DNA of 64,000 nucleotides from Takakia lepidozioides (taxonomy: Eukaryota > Plantae > Bryophyta), in contig CM060733.1 in the NCBI GenBank assembly GCA_030704615.1, positions 5,394,001 to 5,458,000 of the forward strand. Reading direction: 5' to 3'. Shown piece by piece: positions 23,925 to 34,329 of this stretch; positions within the stretch are counted from its first letter, which is position 1, and the number at the start of each line of letters is the position of its first letter. The notes beneath the pieces were generated by a model. That model was not told the origin of the DNA. It did not search any database and was given only the letters and a program-made list of their open reading frames with translations. The position numbers and the translations under genes were made by a program.

Positions 23925-25640
23925 AATCCACTCTCTATCATCTTCCAGCAATCCCCTTACAAAACGTGCTTCTTTAAATGTATCGTAAACATGACCACAC
24001 ACTATTCGGAGGTGTTCAAATGAGACAGGTCCTCGAACTACCGTAAGAAGTAACCGGAGGTAATAACGTTCTCCCGCAGTTGGATCAGCAAAGTACAGCC
24101 TTCCTAATGCGAATCCAAGTACTCTAGGTCTCCACTCTTTCGTAGCAGCCTTCCAAATATAGTGTTGTGAGAATTCAAGATATGTGTACATTGCCTAGCA
24201 TTTGGATCTATTGCACATCTAGCAAAAAACGCAGTTAACGTTGTTGTTTCGCGCTCTGCTCTTTGAAGGACCATTTGAACATCTTCATTTTCATGGAATA
24301 CCACTCTGTGCATCCCCGGCAAGTGGAGAGCAAGACGTACCACATTTGGCTGCTCCTCATGCATCTCCATCGTAAATAAACGCCATGCCGCCCCAGGTGC
24401 ACTGACATATCGAGCATCAAGGTTTTGCTCAACCTCATTTGGTTCTCGACCAATGCATAGTAGTTCGGTCATGTTCTTTGTAAATATATTTATGAATATA
24501 TTTTACAACGAGTATGGAAGCACATACCTCTATGTTGATCTGACACTCGTATTTCCTAGATAGGAATGGATTATAGGGCACCACATCCCGATTGTCCACC
24601 AAATGTCCTCGTGTTTCATAGTCGTGACCAATATTATGTCTCCTTCGATATAATGGATATCCATCAGGATCCATGGAGGTCTCTTCTTGGAAGGCCTTTG
24701 GATAGCGTTTTGAACACTTGACATCTTTCATGCATGGAGTTGGAGGTTCCGTGGTCCACATGGGCCATGTACCATTGTCTTCAAGATTGTGTTAAAAAGA
24801 ACAGGATCAAGTTCAAGATCCGGAAACTCTGCACAAACAATTCGATCCACTCTTGCTACATCCACCACTTTGTGTTCTGCTGCAAAGAATATAAGAAAAT
24901 GCTTGTGTGACAATCCACATTTTTGAAACTCGTCCAAGTACATTGATCTTCAAAATATCTCGAAGTAGTGCCATGGACTTTTGCTTGAAAACACGGGCAA
25001 CCAGATCATGTCGATGTACTGCATTCTGTTCTGGTAGTATTGCAGCTTTGCATCGCCAAATCCAAATTATCATTGCCCGTACTCGTTCTTCATGCAAAGT
25101 TTCATAAGCTTGTTTAATAAGCGGAACAAAAGGATTGTATTCAAGCAGAAGTTGTTGTAGTGTCAACATTGTATCTAGTCGAACTTCTGGATTTACTCGC
25201 ATCCGAGCTTCTATGGCTTCGTTTGGGTCATATATATATAATTGCGCAAATACAGGTTGTACATCGGGCTCAGGTAATAGAACTCCACACATGTGGGTCA
25301 ATCTACCATGGACACGAAAACAGTAGGGTCCAGGCCCCAATGTGCGATCCCGATTGAACCCCACTGAAGTAAAAGCAAATGCATTATTGTAACGTCGTAT
25401 ATTATCACGAAATTCCCTAGCCACCACATCATCACCATCGAACAACTGTTGTAATATAGGTGGTGGGGGTCGCGGTAATGAAACTTTACCTTTATGACAA
25501 CATGTGCTGAATAATGGATTTGGAATACTGCCCTCAGTAAGTTTTTTGGCCATCCAATGAAGAGCACCACAATGTCGATAGACAACATTCATATTGCCCA
25601 AGTTATGGCGCAACCCTGTTTCAAAGAACGGCGCCATTTG
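23925..25640 (-). pseudogene. Helitron Rep (HUH endonuclease) region
   Basis: HCGALHW...CCHKGKV; FRDNIRRYNNAFAFTS; FAQLYIYD; EFQKCGLSHKHFLI (HUH); MVHGPCG; VVPYNP; KYIHKYIYK (Y2); ERYYLRLLL...RGLLEDDREW. Confidence 0.95.
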
Positions 25641-26386
25641 TGTAGCTTGGTAGACAGCCTGATCACGTAATCTTTGTGCTCGTTGTTCTTCCAACTTTGC
25701 GGCCCTAGCAGCTGCTACATGGGGTGCTTGATAAGCAGCTTGTGCTTGCAGCCTTTCTTCAGTTTGAGGCCCTAACAGTTGCGACATGGGGTGCTTGATA
25801 TGCAGCTTGGGCTCGCAATCTTTCTTCCGTTTCAGCAGATGACTCTGTGGACCTAACAGCTGCTACATAGGGTATTTGATATGCAGCTTGTGCTCGCAAT
25901 CTTTATTCTATTTCAGCAGATGACTCTACAGCTAATAGCTGCTACATGGGCTGCTTGATAATTCGTCTGCAATCGTAGCTTTTTCTCCGTTTGAATGGAT
26001 GACTCAGCGCCCCTAAGAGCTGCTACATGGGTTGCTTGATAAGTAGCCTGAGCTACCAACCTTTCTTCCGTTTGAGCAGATGACTCTACGGCCCTACCAG
26101 CTGCTACATGGGGTGCTTGATAATCAGCCAAGGCTAGCAACATTTCTTTCGCTTGAGCGGAGGACTCTGTGGCCCTAATAGCTGCTTGATAAGCGGCCTG
26201 AGCTGTCAACCTTTCTTCCGTTTGAGCGGAGGACTCTACGGCCCTAACAGCTGCTACATGGGGTGCTTGATAAGCAGCCTGAGCTAACAACCTTTCTTCC
26301 GTTTGAGCGGAGGACTGTGCGGCCCTAATAACTGCTTGATAAGCGGCCTGAGCTGTCAGCCTTTCTTCCGTTTGAGCGGAGGACTC
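25640..26386 (-). repeat. Coding tandem repeats (ESSAQTEERLxAQAAYQAPHVAAVRA) of the Helitron ORF N-terminus
   Basis: ~63-78-bp units in frame with Rep. The same repeats occur on the plus strand at 21063-21288. Confidence 0.85.
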
Positions 26387-26438
26387 GAAGAACGTGTACC
26401 CCAACTTAATGCTGAACAATTTATTGCTTATCACCAAG

Positions 26439-27255
26439 CACTACAGGAAAAAGGGGGGGGGGGGGGGTTTCGATGTCGCGGCCACGCCGCAACCACGTCA
26501 CGGCGTCGTAAAACAGCCCTTTTCGGGCAGGGGGAAGAACCAAATTTGCGACGCCCGGGCGTCGCAAGCCCGTTCCAAGGGCGTCGCTAAAAAAACGTTG
26601 CAAATTTGCGATCAATGAGGGTCGCAAATAGGCGAAACTGCGATTTGCGACGTTCGGGCGTTAGAAAAGAAAAAAAGAAAAACCTACTATGTAATGCAGA
26701 ATTAGCACCGTCCGGGGGTCGCAAAGTGCGACGCCCGGACGTCACAATTTAAGGGGGTACATTTGAATTTAGGCGGAAAATTTTGAATTTGAAATTTGAA
26801 TTTGAAAAACTTGTTGACCATTGACTCCGGTTCTGTCTAATGGTGATATGTTCATTGTTCTACATATATCATGCAATGCATACTTGAACCTAAGACCTCC
26901 ACGTTATAACATTTCTAAGACACTACAAACTAACCAACACACCTACGCTACATCTATGTATCACAAAAGCAATCTAAATATATAGATATACATATAAAGA
27001 TTTCCTTCAAGTTCCTTCAAGTTCCTTCTAAGGGGGTCTCTCTTGTGACGCTGGGGAGTTGCAACCTCCATACCCTTAGTGCCCAGCCCCAGCCCCAGCC
27101 CCAGCCCCAACCCCAACCCCAGTGTCGTCGCCGTTGTTGCACCCCCCCCCCCCCCCCCCCACCACTAGGCTCCCCAAGCGACGTCCTTGCGATGACCTAA
27201 GAATCTTTGGAAAATCGGCAGTTCGCGAGTTGGCTGCTACAAGTTGGAAGTGGAA
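26439..27255 (+). mobile_element. CACTA (En/Spm) transposon left end nested in the Helitron helicase
   Basis: CACTACAGGAAAAA at 26439 followed by subterminal tgcgacg/cgtcgca repeats in both orientations, including a perfect 22-bp palindrome at 26546-26567. No right TIR seen, so the right boundary is approximate. Confidence 0.7.
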
Positions 27256-27817
27256 CCATGTTGTCGACAGTATCAACAATGATATAATTCACATGTTCCA
27301 AGGAGCTCTTCGAACATTTCATGGTGCAGATTCAACACTTCTAGAGGCAGGTGCTGACAATCATAATCTATATCCTATAGAATATCTCAATTCTTCAGAG
27401 TTGCCAGGATTGCCACCTTTGAAGCTCAATCTTAAAGTTGGATGTCCAATCATGTTGCTGCGTAATATAGCTCCCAAACGTGGGTTTGTAATTGAGGCAC
27501 GCTTTTTAACTCGTACATGTTCTGGAGAAACAACATTCATCCCCATAATCACATTGCAACCTACTACATCAGAGATACCTTTTAAATTCACTCGAAGACA
27601 ATTTCCTGTGAAGGTGGCTCTTGCTATGACAATCAACAAATCATAGGGACAATCCGTAAAACATGTAGGTCTAGATCTTCTAACACCTGTATTCTCTCAT
27701 GGTCAATTGTATGTGGCATTCTCTCGGACCACATCAGCAAATTCGTTGACAGTCCTTCTCCCCGATCAAAATGTACCAAAAACAATGAATATTGTATATA
27801 CAGAAGTATTAATATAA
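27256..27817 (+). pseudogene. Helitron PIF1-family helicase C-terminal part
   Basis: YPIEYLNS...GLPPLKLNLKVGCPIMLLRN...RRQFPVKVALAMTINKS*GQS...[13 protein letters not shown]...NIVYTEVL*. Confidence 0.95.
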
Positions 27818-30800
27818 ACTTCTAATCTTTCACCAAATTCCAATCTATGAATCATATTACATTGTTGCTCATTTTGTTGTTCATTCATGTACCACACATT
27901 TCCTTGTAACTAAACAAACATCCACCTTCATTTTAGTATATCAATTTCAAATCTTCACACATGGGCATCGACATAGAGGACACACTTGGATACATAAGGG
28001 ATTGGACTTGGACTTAGATGACACTAGACACTTGGGCCAACGGCAAGGCTACCCTAGTCGGTAATAAAGCAGCGTAACCCTTTGCGTAGTTCTGCCTTAG
28101 GAAGGCAGGGCCAAATAAATAAAAAGATGAAAATCATGGTCTGGCTACTAATCAGTAGCCTATGTTAGCCAGAAATATGCCTCCAAAGAAACAACATTCA
28201 TCTATTTCAGAAATTGATTCATCATGGATGAAGCGAGGGTGATGAATCATTCATGAACTCAGTCAACTCACTTCATTTGCACTTATGGATGAAACTTATA
28301 TAAATTAAGAAAACAAATCAAAGAATGAAAGCTCACGGCATCCACCTCGTAGGAAAGTACATCCATTGTCGCATCGACATTCGTTCATATTCTCGTCTGC
28401 CTACCTGCCTCGCTCTCGCTCTTGTCTCTGTTGTTTGGGAATTTCAGTCGCCTCTCTCCCTCTCTCTCTCTTCTCTCACAGCCCTTCCTCTTGCTTGCGC
28501 CCCTGCTCTCTCTTTATACTTGTCTTAGGAGATTTCATTCTTGTTCTGTCTTCCCTCTTATGATCCGAGATTGATATTTTTTCTGTTCACATTCTTTGCT
28601 TCATACTTTCTCCAGACACTATTTATTTTAATTGTGCATACTTCTCTGCTGTCCCCTCCCTCAAGTACATATGGACGTCCTGCTTTTTCGTCCCGTTTCT
28701 CTTCTGCCTACCTTTCTCACGCACGGACTGACCTTCCTCCTTCATTTCGACATTGCTCTTGATCAGTAATTTTCTGTCTGGAACTTGCCTCTGTCTGTTT
28801 CTATGCAAGAAGGATGCAAGAAGTGGGAGAACTGCATCATTTATTGTGATTTCCAGTGCACTTGAAACTCGAGGGATACCCGTTTGTCTTTTGAGAGAGG
28901 AACTGCTCAGCGCTGACGGAAGGGTAGTTGGTTTCGAGGATCATGTATCAGTTTTACCTTCACGCTTCCGCCTCCCGGTAGCGCTGTAGTTCTAGGGCAT
29001 AAAAGTCGCCTTCAAAAGCTACAATATGCGGAATGAGGCATACTTGCCTATGAGTAGCAAGACGATGGACTTGATCATTGGGGCAAGCAGTGCGCTAGTT
29101 TTTATCTTCCAGTACTATTTATGTAGCACACTGCAAGACTGGTACGCTCATGCTAACTACTTGCTATTCTACTTGTTAAAAGTCTGAATTGATGTCAGGC
29201 AGAGTGTCACGCGACATTAGTGCACACCCAGATGTTGACATGAATTTTTTTTTGACATGGCAATCTCTCAGAGCAATGACTGGCACATAGGGTATATCTA
29301 ACAACTGTCTAGCAGACTCAGTAAATCTGACAATAATCAGAGACCTTCAAGCTGTCTCAGGCTCAGTACCGTTGACAGTTGGTAGAAACAATCGATTAGT
29401 GGAAGGCTGTTAGAATTAGGAAGCGCGAACCAAAATCAGGCCGTTTTGAAGTGCAACATGAATGTCTCCATCATACCATACCTCTACGGCAGGAAGTCAT
29501 TTGCTCGCACACCCATGGACAAGGATTGAAGCGGGTGAAGCTCGTTTGATTTTTGGTACCACTCAGCAAAAATTTCTTGATGAGATACTAAGCAGGCATC
29601 TAGAGGGATGGGTCACTACAGACCCCGTAGACCATTCATCTGGCAAGACGAAATGAGAGAGGTTCGAGAGCTTTTTCAAAGAGTTGCGCGTGTTAAACGC
29701 AGTGGCTTCACGGGATTTAGTGTCTGGGGCCACAAAGTACCAACTGCAGAGAAAAATCGATTGAGGCGGCGGCGAGGTCAGTTTGCGGTTGACCTCACAC
29801 ATCTGAACTACAAGGAGCCCCCATTTGAAACCTTGACGCACGTGGACAACATCAGGGGTATGTGCACCCGCATCCAACGTCAGGTACATTTGTTGCTTTG
29901 TTTGTAGTTGCAAATATAGATTCGAGGAGGTTACAGTATGTTATGTCTGTCAATATCCACTTCCTCTCCCTCTCGTATACGAGTAGCAATAGCTCTTCAG
30001 TGTCTCTTCGTGCCCGTCGCAGCAAATGCAGTTCGTGCCACAGTTTCAATCTTTACTCATGGACTAAAGTACAATGGCAGGAAACGATCACCGAGAGAAA
30101 GAAGAAGGATCTCGATTTGGACGTCAGTCCCGCATTACTTCGCCGGCCAATGACAACGGCCAATCCTCGAACGGCGAAGCAGCACTTATACTTCAGCAGG
30201 CCTCACTCGGCCCCTGTCCCTGACCTGGGGCAACCCCCATTCCAGTATGCACCACCAAAGCCTAAATTTCTGTACGATGTCACCCACAAGTGTGCACATT
30301 CCTTAAGGAGTTCCAGAACAAGTTGGACTACTGCGGACCACACTCCTGTGAGTCGAAGTAACTCTAGGATTTATTATTGGAAGAGCGCCTGTTATTCATC
30401 ATCGAGTCCAGGTTTGCACAAAACTCTAGTTTCTAGCTCATGGAACGATTTTGTGAATAGTCACAGAAAGTCGTATGCATAGTGCAAGTTATTCTCTAGG
30501 TGAGACATATTTGTCTGGGGCACCAGTATTCCAGAATCCCACAGAGCCAGCCATTTAGTAAAGACCAACTGGTCGAGGGAGAAAAATTCGGGAGAAACCC
30601 AGTTGAACTTCCCTTTTAATCCAGATTCAATGATGAGATGACAGCAAATCTCAAGATTTTGGGTTTATTTCATTAATTGGGCTTAAGGGCGCGTTAGGCA
30701 CTGAGTGAGTGTGTGGGAGAGAAGATAATTTACAAGCAGTTGACATGAAGAAGAAACTTAGATTCCCCAAAGAGAAAGGAAAGGAAAACGAATTTTTATT

Positions 30801-30920
30801 CAAATTTTCTTTTGGGTGCTTGCCTTGCCGGAGCTCCCTGACACTGAAATCCGTCACAATCTGCTCATTGGCAGAAGGTTCAATCCATTTATACCGTGAC
30901 CTTGACAACAAGTTCGTAAC

Positions 30921-32575
30921 ATGTCTGAAGCTACTTCCCCAAGAGAAGTTTATTCAGAGTATCCTGGAGCGAGATACGGCGGTAGTAGACCTGTGACAAT
31001 GGCTGCACAGCACATAGAAAGACCTCCCTCACGGATGATGCATGAACGGCCTATCACTGACAACCGCAGTGAAAGGCCTTCATCTTGGAATGTAATAGAT
31101 CGGCTGCCACTTGATAGACTTAATACGGAGAGAGACTTTAACCCACGGGTGGGGAAGGTCTCCCCTTGGATAAATCAAGAGCATTCAATGTCATCAAGCA
31201 ATGAGGACATGACTTCCTCCGAGAGAGACTCGTTAAGTCTTCCATGGACGATACACAGTGACTCGCCAAGGGCACCAAGCAAAGGTACTACATCTCTCTC
31301 TTACTTCCTCCTGTGTATGCATTATATAGCAGACACGTTGAAGTTCAAGCATATCTTACAATATGTTCCATTCAGTGTTTTGACAGACATAGTAGTCAAA
31401 CATGCTTGATTAATAGTGGGGTCCTATGAACGCATGTCTTGGTAGCCTGAAAAGACACTCCCCACCTGATCTCCACGGGGATGGATCTTTGGCTTTTTTC
31501 TGGTCTGATTTTAATGGATATCCCCGACCTTCTCTTTCTCCCAGTCTCTTTCATCCACAAAGATTTTGGTGAAGAGTGTTTGCCATGGGCAAGTGATTCC
31601 GAAGTAAAGATCAATTCTGCTGTCTTTCAGTAGCTGTGAAACGTCCCTCTTCAGGAAAATCCCAGGAGAAACTACCTTATATATACTCTTGTGACCTATG
31701 ATGCATCATTGGAGAGGTCCCTGGTTTACCAGTCTTAGAAATGCCAACTTCCTCCCCTATGAAACTTTTTCCTAGGATAACATCATTAGGCAGCTATCCC
31801 CCCGCGAGTCATGGGCAAGTTCTTGACTTCTGTGGGTGGTCGAATGCACCTCATGAAAGTGGACGAGGATGAGCTTGGCCCTTTGAAGCCAAGAGTGAAA
31901 TTTGCCAGTCTGTCTCGACCTGAAACAAGAAAAGGTAAGATCATAATATTCAACCTTGCAGGTATGAGAAGGAATCATCACAGAAGGATTCATGGTCACA
32001 GAGAATCCAAGAAGACTTGTTGGAGTCTGAAAGAGGGGATGCCCAGACACCAGTTGTGAGCAGTTCACCTCTGTCCAGTTTTTCCAGAGGGGGCATTCAA
32101 AGGAATCCTCTTGATGATGGAATTGGGACAGTGGAAGATAGTCTTGTTCTGATCAAGCACTCATCAGACCCATATCTTGACTTCAGAAACTCTATACTAG
32201 CCATGCTTCAGGAGAACTTACAGGTACAATTCCACACTGTTTGTGCCTTATATCTTGTATAACATTGCTACTGTAAACTATCAGATACTGCCATGTTTTG
32301 ATAATCCCGTTCTCTTTAATTTGTATTAGAAGATTGCAGTATTATAGATAGAGATAGAGAGTGAATTAGTGGTCATTTGATGTTTCTTAGTAATATTTAG
32401 AGAAATATTCTCATCACTTCATCTGCAATCACAAGCTTTGTCAGGCACTAACTTTTTCTTTTCTGTTCACTAGGACCAGCATCTAGAGATGGAAGAACTA
32501 TTTCAGTATTACTTGGATCTCAATCCTGTTGTCCACAATCTCAAGCACATCACATATATACGAGGACTCACATAG
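30921..32575 (+). CDS. OFP: OVATE family protein (multi-exon; 5' structure uncertain, may extend to ~29600)
   Basis: DSLVLIKHSSDPYLDFRNSILAMLQENLQ|gt (32223), then ag|DQHLEMEELFQYYLDLNPVVH (32474-32575) = OVATE domain. Upstream Ser/Arg-rich exons with a GT donor near 31284. Confidence 0.75.
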
Positions 32576-34329
32576 TGAGTTAAGCACAAAACAGAGACAG
32601 ATTTTTTGATGTTTGCATCACATATTTCATCAGAGACTGTGTTTCAAAACCTCTCACTTTTATGAAATATTTCTTTGTTGTTCACCATGATGTTCTCAAG
32701 TTATCACAGATCAAGAAAGGCAGCTTGGTTGTAAGCTGATGTACAAGAAGAGCCAACAATGAACTCGTTTTGTGCTCACCATTCACAAGTGATCTTTGAT
32801 GGTATGACTAAGTACTGATAACACATATATGGTAAAGGCATGAGATAGAGACAGAGAAGACTTTGGCTGAAGCTGGCATAACCAAGAGCCACTTCACCAT
32901 TCAGCAGCTGCCCCCCTTTGGAGGTGGGCCACTTCCCCACAATAATGATGCCGGTATGGTTGAGATAACACTTCCAATACCATGACAGCCTCAATTCATG
33001 TATCCCTTTATCTTCCAACACTGGTTGAGATCAGAATTTCATAGACAGAATTTCACAGCTGCATGACATGGCAATTCTGAAAGATGTACCTGCAAGCTCA
33101 GAGAATCACAGATCCTTCTACTTTATATGATTATACTCCTGAGACAAACAGAATTATACTCTTGAACAAACACACTTAGAAAACCCATTTCTTTCCATAC
33201 ATGGCTTGCCTGAGAAGTGGAAGACAGGCCTCCAAATTCATCCCAAAATGCCAATTTCTTCCCATTTGCTATCACTTCCATTCAATCCTGATTAGAACTT
33301 CCATAGATCTTTGAGATGAACCTTTAGAAACCATTGTCCATACTAGCCTAGACTCTCCCAAGGAGTTTTGCCCCATGCAGCCATGGTGTTTCCAGATCAA
33401 TTCCATCCCAAAAGAACTACATAATCTATTCAAACAAGGAAACAATCTTTAGCACAATACCCTAATAACAATTTAGAAAGCTATCTATCTACCTCTGGGA
33501 CAAAAGAGAATTGAATTTCACATACTTGGAGCAGAGGCTTTACAATTTGCCTTAACCCACTTACATCCTTACAGAATTGAAGTGTGGCAACCCTGGAATC
33601 ACGAACGTGGAGTACACATAAGAATTTATGCTAGTAAAAATAACATGGAATAATGGGTCAGCTACAGAGATGTTTCCTGTATATGTTCTTTGAAGAGGCA
33701 GGAGATATTATGAGAAACAGGGGAGGAATGGAATCTTCCAAAAGCTTATTGCAGTTTTGAGACTTAAACAGAGAGTTTAGTGTAGAATGTTATGACAAAC
33801 AAAAACACAAGTACAGACACTCTGGTGTCAATTGTGGTGATCAAGCACATGATGATAGTGTGATCCTCAAATTCAAGTGTTGTAGGTACACCATGATGCC
33901 CTTTTTCCATTAGTCTGCCTCGGCTTCTGATTGGTGCCTGAAAAGCCTCTCCATGACTTTGCATCTGTGTGCGCACATCCAAAGTTGAATGGAGCATTTA
34001 TCTGAAATACTTGGAGTGTGATGTTCAAAGACCACCTGAAAATGCTATAGAGTAATATCTTGCCGACCGGCCTAAGAACATTCCACAAATCTACCATCCC
34101 CTCATCATGTTCGTTAGAGGGGACATCCACACTTGCTGTACCAGAGGCAACCCTGCGCAGATTCCACTGCTACAGATGAAAACTCGTACAAGTGGATCAA
34201 GAAGAACGTTAGGTTGCGATTTCCCACTGCATTTGGTCTCACATACACAAAGCTGCACTGCTGGTAGCAAAAAGATACAGGCAGGATCACAAATTACAAC
34301 GGATAGCACAAACTGCTTACCAAGGAAGA

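Larger units (their letters stand above)
19302..28057 (+). mobile_element. Helitron (rearranged, non-autonomous)
   Basis: 5' A|TCAATATATG at 19302. 3' hairpin-like cttgggccaacggcaagg, then CTAG|T at 28054-28058. Internal Rep and PIF1-helicase remnants. The termini are less certain than the coding remnants. Confidence 0.72.
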
